From NCBI GenBank assembly GCA_002269645.1, contig NIVC01000150.1, positions 186,001 to 250,000 of the forward strand: a stretch of DNA of 64,000 nt, read 5' to 3'. Below, in pieces: positions 34,168 to 45,250 of the stretch (positions are counted from its first letter, which is position 1; the number at the start of each line of letters is the position of its first letter). The DNA is from Macrostomum lignano. Its lineage: Eukaryota. The notes under the pieces were generated by a model. It was not told where the DNA came from. It saw only the letters and a program-made list of their open reading frames with translations, and did no database searches. A program made the translations under genes and the position numbers.

Positions 34168-37100
34168 TTAAGCACTCAGCTGCAGCTGGCCCTCCCTGTC
34201 CAACTGCTCAACAAGCTGCTCCAAAGCTTCCAGCACGCAGTCTGGCAGGTGATCTCTCAGCATGGAGGGCGACACTAACAATTCGTCGAAATCGTCTCGA
34301 TCAGCCCAGACCGCGCGCCACAACAACGGCGCCGATTTAGTAGGCCGCGCCGGCCTCACCAAATGAAGAATTCTGCCCGGCAGGTACAGCGGCGGTCGGC
34401 CAGTCTCGGCCGCGGCCGCCGCATGCCAGTCCCGACGTAGTAGGCCTTCGACAAAGTCGTCAACTTCGATGCCATCTAAAGAATCGCTAGCTGCGCTGCT
34501 GACGCCGTTGCCGCAACAGATGATGCGCCATTTCGGACGGCGCGCCCCGCCCAACAGGGAAGTCATGGTGGCCCGCATGCCGTCCAGCTGAGCGAGGCCC
34601 AGCCGACAAACGGCGTCCTTGCCGACCACCACCGAGGTGACGAATTGACGAGAAACTTCGGTTCCGGCGGCGCATAGAAGGCCGCCTGGCGGGCTGAAAG
34701 CTAGAACGCGCGGTCGACGATCGGAAGCGCGACAGGAAGCGGAACCGGAAGCGGAACCGGAAACAGAACCGGAACCGGCGGCTCGCATCCGCAATCCAAG
34801 GACTACGGCGACCCCGGCTCCGAGGCTGTGTCCAGTCAGCAGCAGAGGCAGATCCGTAGGCGTTTCCGTTAGCCAACCGGAAGACAGCAACAGTTGGTGA
34901 ACTTGCTCGGCTGCTCGAGCGATGCCGCTGTGACTGGAACAAGTGGCTTCCGGGTGCGGGCGATCAACCTTCATTTTCCAATTTATTTGAGATTCTGAAC
35001 GTGTTTTGATTAGTTCTTCGCTGTAGTGCACAGTTTTTGGTCTGAAGTCTGTCGAATCTGGAGTAGATCGAACAGCTTCCGGTGTAGATTGAACAGATTC
35101 CGGTGCAGATTGAACAGCTTCCGGTGCAGATTGAACAGCTTCCGGTGTAGATTGATTAGCTACAGGCGTAGACTGAACAGCTTCCGGTGTAGATTGATTA
35201 GCTTCCGGTGTAGATTGAACAGCTTCCGGTGTAGATTGATTAGCTTCCGGTGTAGATTGATTAGCTTCCGGTGTAGATTGATTAGCTTCCGGTGTAGATT
35301 GAACAGCTTCCGGTGTAGATTGAACAGCTTCCGGTGTAGACTGAACAGCTTCCGGTGTATGCACCTCCTCAGGTGGCGCCCAAATTCGTTCAGCATCGGC
35401 CCTCAAATCGGTGAGAACGTCACGCATAGACAGCGTGCCCCGGATAGCCACAACCAGTCGGTTTCGCCGCTTATCCAAGCCGACGTAGAACGGCGTGCAG
35501 CCTGCAGCTTCTGGCAGCTCCTGGCTGACGTGCAGCAGCTGGAACTCATCAGGCCCGATGCCGCTGCGTCGGAGCAGGGCTTCCACGCTGGCGCGGGCGA
35601 CGGCGCCGGGATCGTTGCGGCACCGGCGGAAGTCAAAACAGCAGCAGCAGCAGCAACCGGCGGTCTGCTTGTTGTTGCCAGGACTGTCGTTTGGAGGGGG
35701 ATACGGGGAAGGGATTACCACATAAATGCTTTAAGTTAATAACAAAGACCTGTCGATCCGATAGTTGAATAATCCCTAATTCAAGATGACATTGTCCAGG
35801 TATTAATCCCCAATTAGAGATCCCATCATCCAGGTATTAATCTTTAATTAGAGATCCCATCATCCAGGTATTAATCTTTAATTAGAGATCCCATTATCCA
35901 GGTATTAATCTTTAATTAGAGATCCCATTATCCAGGTAGCTCGTATTAATCCTTAATTAGATATCCCATTATCCAGGTATTAATCCCTAATTAGAGATCC
36001 CATTATCCAGGTATTAATCCCCAATTAGAGATCTAATTATCCAGGTATTAATCCCTAATTAGAGATCCCATTATCCAGGTATTAATCCCCAATTAGAGAT
36101 CTAATTATCCAGGTATTAATCCCCAATTAGAGATCTAATTATCCAGGTGTTAATCCCTAATTACAGATCCTATTATCAAGCATTAACACCTAATTGGAGA
36201 TTGCACTATTCAAATATTAATTCAAAATTTCGACACTGACAACTAGACTGAAGTCGCCTATAAAACAAAGACTATAGAGATACAAAGACTGAAGATTTAT
36301 AACAAACAGATAAAATGCAAAAGTTGATTAACCTGAGCTGGCACAGCAGGCAGCAGCAATTAGTAGTGTAAGCCAGCATAGGGCAGCCATAAGCTGCCAA
36401 TGCCAGCTTCATTCCGAATAACAATTCTGGCAGGAGGCTGGATGCTTCATCGCTGTCGGCGCGAAGGAACCGAGTGCTGGACAGAATCGGCCTGCCAGAC
36501 ATGAAGGCCTGCACGTCGGCTGAACCGCTCTGTCGGTGTGAGAATTAATAAATTTGACTGTCAATATTAAATATGAATTGTAGTACTATAGATAGGCAGA
36601 GTGCATTTCTAAGCCTAACCTAGACCTCTCTAAACCTAACCTAAACCCTAAGCCTAACCTAGACCTAACCGAAAACTTTAAACCTAACCTAAACCCTAAA
36701 CCTAACCTAAACCTAACCAAAAACACTAAACCTAACCTAAATCATAAACCTAACATAAATCCTGACCTTAACCTAAACCCTAACTAATGTAAATCCTGAC
36801 ACAATACCATAATCTAACCTGAAACATAACTTAAACCCTATACCTAACCTAAATCTATCCTAACACAAACCCTAAACTTAAACCGTCAGCAGTCAAGTGG
36901 CAACAGTCGATTCGTGTCTGTCCATCATGCTACTCCCTGACCTGACCTTAGCCCAGCACTGCCCAATTTTTAACCAACTGCTACAAGAACGCACCTTCAG
37001 AGCCATCCTGGCCCGCTCTTTCTGATAGCGCCTGATCAGCACCAGCCCAGCAACCACGTCGGACGGCACAACGTCCAGGTCGCGGAAGAAATCAGAGAAC

Positions 37101-40100
37101 AGCCTAGCAACGTCGCGAAATGTCGTCTGAGCGTTGCGATCGTCGCCATTCAGACAGCAGAATAACCTGCGGCAGCGCTGGTCCCAGATGGCCTCGTACT
37201 GCACCAGAGCGTCTCTACCGGCATTGGACAGGGGAGGGAGTTGCACAACAGTAATTAATTCAAGTAATTATTAGCTGATTAAAGTTACTGTGAATTTGTG
37301 CAACTTTCACTCTCACATCCCCGTTCACTCTCACTTTCCTATTCACTCTCACATCCCCGTTCACTCTCACTTTCCTATTCACTCTCACATCCCCGTTCAC
37401 TCTCATTTTCCTATTCACTCTCACATCCCCGTTCGCTCTCACATTCCTATTCACTCTCACATCCCCGTTTACTCTCACTTTCCTATTCACTCTCACATCC
37501 CCGTTTACTCTCACTTTCCTATTCACTCTCACATCCCTGTTTACTCTCATTTTCCTATTCACTCTCACATCCCCGTTCACTCTCATTTTCCTATTCACTC
37601 TCACATTCTCGTTAACTCTCACTTTCCTATTCACTCTCACATTCTCGTTAACTCTCACTTTCCTATTCACTCTCACATTCTCGTTAACTCTCACTTTCCT
37701 ATTCACTCTCACATCCCCGTTCACACTCAAACCCCTGTTCACTCTCTAATTCACTTTCACATATCTGTTCACTCTCACATCCACATTCACTCTCACACCC
37801 CCATTCACTCTCACATCCCCGTTCACTCTCACTTTCCCATTCACTCTCACACCCCTGTTCACTCTCCAATTCACTTCCACATCCCCATTCACTCTCACAT
37901 GCCCGTTCACTCTCACACCCCCATTCACTCTCACATTCCCATTCACTCTCGCTTTCAAATTCACTCTTACATCCCCATTCACTCTCATCCCCATTCAGTC
38001 TCACTTTCCCATTCAATCTCGCATCCCAATCCACTCTGGCATCTTTATTTAATCTAATTCACCATCTATCGTTCCCCTTACTTTCATTACCCTGTGAAAA
38101 GGAAAGCTTTTGACTCATTACTCATTACTTCCGCCCACCTTTCACTCTTCTTATCACTCTTTCCTCACCCTTCTTCTCACTTTTTTATTCGATTCGCTCT
38201 GACATTTGTTTCCCTAGCTGCTATCGACTATGCCCAAAAGCATTACCATTTTTTCCCAAAGTAGACAGCGGGACACGCACCGCTGCTTCCAGCTGTTCCG
38301 CCTAGCAAAGGACGTCCTCGACGTGGTGACAGCGTGATGACCGACTCGGTGATCCACAGAGTCGGCGGCAGCGGCGGGTGCAGGAGGGTTGGGGCGCATT
38401 CGCAGCCAAACTCGGCCAGACCGATCGAAAGCGCACCAGACTGACAGCAGAGTGAGCAGCATGGCTGACCAGTTCAGACAGACGATTGCTGTCGATAAGA
38501 AAAGGGTGCAGGATTCATTTTTCTCTAAAGGGGGTGGAGGGCCCTGTGTGAGCGCACGTGTCTGTGGTGTCAGCGGAATCCCCTGACCTCCAACGCCTCA
38601 GCGAGCAACCGCTCCTTAAACGCATAAGGACCCCGTTGAAAATTTTACCGCGACAAGAATCGCTAAAGAGTCATAATAAACAACTCACAAGTGACTTTGG
38701 GGCGACTCTTGTAACTTTTTAAGCACCTCAAATCGACTGTAATGCGACGGAGAGGCGACTGTTGCGAAAAAAATTCGTCCAAGAGTCTAAGTGTTGGCGC
38801 TTAACTTTCTACTAACTCAAGTAGACTAAATAGAGTTGTTATCATAAATTCTAAATGCGATTATACAGCGACTCCAGCACGCCTCAGATCTGACTCTACG
38901 GCCCCAGAGTGATTTCAGGGGGGTCTTTCTCGAAAGCAACTTACGATCGACCATAGACGTAAGTTGGGTAAGCTACACAAACGGGTTGCTCGAAGGGCTC
39001 GCAAGTTAGCTATGCGTAAGATTGATCGCAACTTTACGAGTTCGTAACTTTGCGCAAAAGACTGTTTCTCGAAACGTTCGTATGTCTATGGTCTTTCGTA
39101 AGGTTGATCTTAACCCTACGACTGCTCGGTATCAGTCGTAAGACGCACTTAAGCACTAATCGCATACTCGTAGTACGTGAAGCTTTAGTCAAGCCAAGTC
39201 AAGTTAAACTTTATCGAAGGTGGGTCTTTCTCGAAAGCAACTTACGATAGACTAAGTAAAGATATTTGCAGATTTATGACCATAGACATGCAACTTTTCG
39301 TTTCAGATACGACTTACGAACAGCGTAAGCCACGCAAAGTCTAAGTGAGTTTTGAGAAAGCGTCTTACGAGCAAACTTACGCTACACGTAAATTTCTTTC
39401 TTACGATCTAACTTACCATAGAACTTACGTGAGTTTCGAGAAACACTCCCCAGAGTCGCAGACAATACGATAACGTCTCAAATTGACCTTCAAGTGACAT
39501 ATCGTCGTTTAAATAGAGCCGTCTATGGTCACTTCTTTCCTATTGCTATCTAGGGTTGCTTGCTATATGGGGGTTCCTTGCTCTCGGGGAAGGGGGATGC
39601 TTGCTATCTGGGGGATGCTTGCTATCTGGGGGATGCTTGCTATCTGGGGGATGCTTGCTCTCGGGAAGGGGGGTTGCTTGCTATATGGGGGTTCCTTGCT
39701 CTCGGGGAAGGGGGGATGCTTGCTATCTGGGGGATGCTTGCTATCTGGGGGATGCTTGCTATCTGGGGGATGCTTGCTATCTGGGGTTGCTTGCTATCTG
39801 GGGGATGCTTGCTATCTGGGGGATGCTTGCTATCTGGGGGATGCTTGCTATCTGGGGTTGCTTGCTATCTGGGGGATGCTTGCTATCTGGGGGATGCTTG
39901 CTATCTGGGGGTTCCTTGCTCTCGGGGAAGGGGGATGCTTGCTATCTGGGGGATGCTTGCTATCTGGGGGATGCTTGCTATCTGGGGGATGCTTGCTATC
40001 TGGGGGATGCTTGCTATCTGGGGGATGCTTGCTATCTGGGGTTGCTTGCTATCTGGGGGATGCTTGCTATCTGGGGGATGCTTGCTATCTGGGGGATGCT

Positions 40101-43100
40101 TGCTATCTGGGGTTGCTTGCTATCTGGGGTTGCTTGCTCTTGGAGGGTGGGTACTTGCTATCTGGGGGTGCTTGCTATTTGGGGGGGGTGCTTGCTATCT
40201 GGGGGATGCTTGCTATCTGGGGGATGCTTGCTATCTGGGGGATGCTTGCTATCTGGGGGATGCTTGCTATCTGGGGGATGCTTGCTATCTGGGGTTGCTT
40301 GCTATCTGGGGTTGCTTGCTCTTGGAGGGTGGGTACTTGCTATCTGGGGGGTGCTTGCTATTTGGGGGGGGTGCTTGCTATCTGGGGGATGCTTGCTATC
40401 TGGGGGATGCTTGCTATCTGGGGGATGCTTGCTATCTGGGGGATGCTTGCTATCTGGGGGATGCTTGCTATCTGGGGGATGCTTGCTATCTGGGGTTGCT
40501 TGCTATCTGGGGGATGCTTGCTATCTGGGGGATGCTTGCTATCTGGGGGTTCCTTGCTCTCGGGAAGGGGGATGCTTGCTATCTGGGGGATGCTTGCTAT
40601 CTGGGGGATGCTTGCTATCTGGGGGATGCTTGCTATCTGGGGGATGCTTGCTATCTGGGGGATGCTTGCTATCTGGGGTTGCTTGCTATCTGGGGGATGC
40701 TTGCTATCTGGGGGATGCTTGCTATCTGGGGGATGCTTGCTATCTGGGGTTGCTTGCTATCTGGGGTTGCTTGCTCTTGGAGGGTGGGTACTTGCTATCT
40801 GGGGGGTGCTTGCTATTTGGGGGGGGGTGCTTGCTATCTGGGGGATGCTTGCTATCTGGGGGATGCTTGCTATCTGGGGGATGCTTGCTATCTGGGGGAT
40901 GCTTGCTATCTGGGGGATGCTTGCTATCTGGGGTTGCTTGCTATCTGGGGTTGCTTGCTCTTGGAGGGTGGGTACTTGCTATCTGGGGGGTGCTTGCTAT
41001 TTGGGGGGGGGGGGGTGCTTGCTATCTGGGGGATGCTTGCTATCTGGGGGATGCTTGCTATCTGGGGGATGCTTGCTATCTGGGGGATGCTTGCTATCTG
41101 GGGGATGCTTGCTATCTGGGGGATGCTTGCTATCTGGGGTTGCTTGCTATCTGGGGTTGCTTGCTCTTGGAGGGTGGGTACTTGCTATCTGGGGGGGGTG
41201 CTTGCTATTTGGGGGGGTGCTTGCTATCTAGGGAATATTTCTATATAGGGATGCTTGCTATTTAGGGATGCCTGCTATTTGGTGGGAATGCCTGCTTTAT
41301 TTAGGGATTTAAAAAAATTAGATTCATAGCAAACATCTTTGTCCGTGACAATTTTACTCGAATAAGGTGATTTATAAAACCGAAGGAATTGGTTCTTAAG
41401 AAAATTTGCTTTTGTAATGGATTTGCACAAATAACATCACAAGTGACACAAATAAGGATTTAAGAAAAATGAGCACAAATAAAATAACATTTGCTCCTTG
41501 CTTATGGGCGCCTCGAAGGGGTGCATTAGATTGCTAGTCTTTCCTATTTCACCTGTGTTACCTGCAATGACTCTGGGGCATTGCAAGTGACTCTGATAGG
41601 CTTATTGACCTGGATACCGTGACGCAGGCACGCTCTCACACAGGGTGCACTGCGTCCGGTGATTTCGGTGAGGGGGGGCGGCCCTTAAAATCCAGATTCG
41701 CACAGCGCAAGCCTCAAATTAATGCGGCAGCGCGCAAGGAATCGAACCTGGGCGATGCTTTGACGCAGACTAAAAAGCTCACCAGTGAGAGCTCGCACGG
41801 GCCACAGCTGGTTGGTGCAGTCTGGCCATTTCAGGCCCAACTGCCAGAGACTCACAGCGCAGTACAGCAGCCAGCATAGCTCGACCAGCATGAGCGCTAA
41901 AATTTTATATTCTCTATTTAGTAATTTTTTTTAGCCAGGAAACTCATATTTATAAACTTTAATTACGATCCCGAGTCCTAGGTCAAAGTACATCACGACC
42001 TTTTCATAAGAAGTACATTCCGATCTCCTCATCAAGAGCATCCTAAGTTCATCAAAAGTACATCTGGACCTCCTCAGCAAAAATACATTCCGACCTTATC
42101 AAAAGTGCATCCCAAGCTCCTCAACTAAAGTACATCCCCAACCTTCTCATTTAAAGTACATTCCGACCTTATCAAAAGTGCATCCCAACCTCCTCAACTA
42201 AAGTATATCCCCAACCTTCTCATTTAAAGTACATCTCGACCTTATCAAAAGTGCATCCCAACCTCCTCAACTAAAATACATCCCCAACCTTCTCATTTAA
42301 AAGTACATCCCATCCCCCAACTCTCACCCAATCGGCAATAGAGCAGGCCAGGTACGGGCCACCTGTCCCGGGCCCTGTGCAGCACAGAACCCAGCAGGCT
42401 GAATCTCACAAGCAGAGCCTCAACCAGCAGGCACAGGCAGACGAGTGCTAGATAGGCTAGCGCATAAAACTGAACGGAGATTCTGCACCGCTCTAGCGAA
42501 GCAGCAGCAACCACGGCAAGTTGTCCAGTTCCATTGGAACTGCGATTGCCATCTAGCAGGGCGGCAACTGCAGAGCTTGAATTTTTGCCATCTAGTTGCC
42601 ATGGCCAATTAACCTCTGAAGTAGCGTTCGATACGGCGATGAAAATCGACGCTCTGAAATGAAACCGATTGAGGTTATTATTAATCTTCGGGGGAAACTA
42701 TACAAATTAGAGGGTAAAAGTTTTCAAAATAAAAATTTTGAAATTAAAAGCACAAAATTCATTAGAACTCTTATCGGACTTCATGTGGGGCCATTTGTGC
42801 GATTTTAGCCTATAAGGGCCGAGCCCCAAGGCACAGTGCGTGCACAGCCTGGCAATGGAATGGACTTGAGTGAGTGGGTGACTGACTGACTGACTTGAGT
42901 GAGTGGGTGACTGACTGACTGACTTGAGTGAGTGGGTGACTGACTGACTGACTGGCTGACTTGAGTGAGTGGGTGACTGACTGACTGACTTGAGTGAGTG
43001 GGTGACTGACTGACTGACTTGAGTGAGTGGGTGACTGACTGACTGACTTGAGTGAGTGGGTGACTGACTGACTGACTTGAGTGAGTGGGTGACTGACTGA

Positions 43101-43785
43101 CTGACTTGAGTGAGTGGGTGACTGACTGGCTGACTTGAGTGAGTGGGTGACTGACTGACTGACTTGAGTGAGTGGGTGACTGACTGACTTGAGTGAGTGG
43201 GTGACTGACTGACTGACTTGAGTGAGTGGGTGACTGACTGACTGATTTGAGTGAGTGGGTGACTGACTGGCTGACTGACTGACTGACTTGAGTGAGTGGC
43301 TGACTGACTGGCTGGCTGGCTGACTGACTGACTGGCTGACTGACTGACTGACTTGAGTGAGTGGGTGACTGACTGGCTGGCTGACTGACTGGCTGGCTGA
43401 CTGACTGACTGGCTGACTGACTGACTGACTGACTGACTTGAGTGAGTGAGTGAGTGGTGAGTGACTGACTGACTGACTGACTGACTGACTGACTGACTGA
43501 CTGACTGACTGACTGAGTGGCTGACTGACTGGCTGACTTGAGTGAGTGGGTGACTGACTGACTGACTTGAGTGAGTGGGTGACTGACTGACTGACTTGAG
43601 TGAGTGGGTGACTGACTGACTGACTGACTAAGATGGGTATTCCTTCTCTTGTCCTGCAATAATTACTGGTCCGGTACACTGCAAACTCACAGCACCAGAT
43701 GGTAGATCAGCAGCAGCACTCCTGGTACAACCATATCGTCGCTGCCGATGGCCCAGCGCCGGCGAAACAGCACTAGGCCTGGCAT
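34168..43785 (-). CDS. DAGL: sn1-specific diacylglycerol lipase (DAGL alpha/beta family), ~721 aa
   Basis: Exons 43785-43691 (MPGLVLFRRRWAIGSDDMVVP), 42539-42328, 41896-41783, 38488-38281, 37214-36995 (FFRDLDVVPSDVVAGLVL), 36529-36333 (LAAYGCP), 35683-35365 (VVAIRGTLS..LTDL), 34968-34168 (HSG, GHSLGAG, FSPPGG, VVGKDAVCR, LYLPGRILH, RDHLPD). All phases compatible. Confidence 0.93.
35050..35360. repeat. 21-bp minisatellite (AGATTGAACAGCTTCCGGTGT) in an in-frame DAGL intron
   Basis: Reads TPEAVQS/TPEANQS on the minus strand. Confidence 0.93.
35795..36200. repeat. 34-bp minisatellite (ATCCAGGTATTAATCCCTAATTAGAGATCCCATT)
   Basis: Tandem units. Confidence 0.88.
36610..36885. repeat. Degenerate CCTAA/CCCTAA (telomere-like) repeat
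   Basis: AACCTAAACCCTAA units in a DAGL intron. Confidence 0.75.
37300..38030. repeat. 36-bp (2x18) minisatellite (ACTCTCACATCCCCGTTCACTCTCACTTTCCTATTC)
   Basis: Tandem units. Confidence 0.9.
38919..39450. mobile_element. Non-autonomous MITE, PIF/Harbinger-like
   Basis: 17-bp TIRs GGGGGTCTTTCTCGAAA / GGGAGTGTTTCTCGAAA (2 mismatches) flanked by a CAG direct repeat (38916-38918 and 39451-39453); many internal TTACG/CGTAA motifs. Confidence 0.65.
39545..41290. repeat. 18-bp G-rich minisatellite (GCTTGCTATCTGGGGGAT) with higher-order blocks
   Basis: Source of the 560-570 aa artefact ORFs. Confidence 0.95.
42860..43630. repeat. (GACT)n / GAGTGAGTGGGT composite repeat
   Basis: DAGL intron 1. 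Confidence 0.93.
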
Positions 43786-44704
43786 TGCTCAGCTAGTCAA
43801 AATCGAAGTGAATTTCGCGCACCCCTACCAGCAGCTCACGGTGTATTTTACCCAGTTCGTTTAGGTCTGCCTTTTTTGAAGCCTTAATCCAGAGCTGCAT
43901 GGCCTCCGGGCTTAGGATTTACACAGGCCCTGACTGCGCGGACATGAACATTGAAGGGGGAGAAAAGCAGCCAGTCCCCTCTTCCCTTTACCCTATCTCA
44001 CTTCCCCGTCCCAGCGATTGCATTCCCCCTCGCCCAACCACCCTTGATCCCCTCCCTTCCACTGCCTCGTCTCGCACTCCCCTGCCTCCGATAGTCCCTC
44101 CGAGAGCGCCAACCCCATTACATGTATACCGGCCTGAAGCCAGCAGCCAGCGCACACACGAGAGGATGGGTGAATGAACTTTGCTAGGGGGGGGGGGATG
44201 ATGTCTAATCGAGAAGCCAATTCAAGGCCAGGAAGGGGAAGAAATACAGGCAGATAGAAATAGCCCCTACCCTGATAAATATTTCCTTTCCTCGACAAAA
44301 AAATAAATTTACCTTTAAAGACAAATAGATGAGCCAAACTACAGAACTACAGACTACTTACAATAATATAATATAGTAGTATCGGTACTTAAGTATCAGG
44401 GACACTGGTCAGACAGTAGGCACTACTTTTTTAAATAATTAAAAACATTAAACAAGTATTTGGAGCTCTTAAAGTCACAGATTGGCTCCAGTAGATTAAT
44501 AAAATATACTACTAGATACTATACTACTTACTCTAATATTCCATTAACAGTATTTTAATTTGATTTGCTATAATTTGATCAGGCTCCTCTTAAAACCTTA
44601 AAATAAACTGGTTCTTTTAAGCATGGAAAATTGCTAGGTCTAAAAAGATCTTAATTAAATTAGATTTGAAATTTTGAAATTTGAAAATCCTATAGAATCC
44701 TAGT

Positions 44705-45037
44705 AAGGAGAGAAGAGAGGGGAGGGCAGAAAGGAGACAGAAGAAAGAGGGGAGAGAAGAGAGGGGAGAGAGAAGAAAGGGGAGAGAGAAGAAAGGGGAG
44801 AGAGAAGAAAGGGGAGAGAAGAGAGGGGAGAGAGAAGAAAGGGGAGAGGGAAGAAAGGGGAGAGAGAAGAAAGGGGAGAGAGAAGAAAGGGGAGAGAGAA
44901 GAAAGGGGAGAGAAGAGAGGGGAGAGAGAAGAAAGGGGAGAGGGAAGAAAGGGGAGAGAGAAGAAAGGGGAGAGAGAAGAAAGGGGAGAGAGAAGAAAGG
45001 GGAGAGAGAAGAAAGGGGAGAGAGAAGAGAGGGGAGA
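44705..45037. repeat. Polypurine ~16-bp repeat (AGAAGAAAGGGGAGAG)
   Basis: Direct observation. Confidence 0.9.
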
Positions 45038-45250
45038 GTATTGTATTCTTGTTATTGGTTTCTACTAATTTTAAAGAACTACCAATTAAAAAGTGCTAAA
45101 ACAGGTCTTTATAGAAAAAAACAAATGTGTTGGTCTAGAGGTAAAAAATTCTATTATTCTTTAAATAGAGATACTACATAATATTTTTATGGCATCCAAA
45201 ATTTGAATGAATAAAAAAGCCATTTTACAAAACAAGGATTAGAAATATAT

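Noticed and set aside
35637-35660. Poly-Cys run (CCCCCC) in DAGL
   Set aside because: Falls in the cysteine-rich insert known in DAGL enzymes; not novel.
39525-41265. Three ~565 aa ORFs (MLAIWG / GDACYL / GGCLLS repeats)
   Set aside because: 18-bp satellite in a DAGL intron, on the opposite strand to the gene; open in all three frames.
42596-42609. Partial X-box GTTGCCATGGCCAA in DAGL intron 1
   Set aside because: One half-site deviates from consensus and it is not near an inferred TSS.
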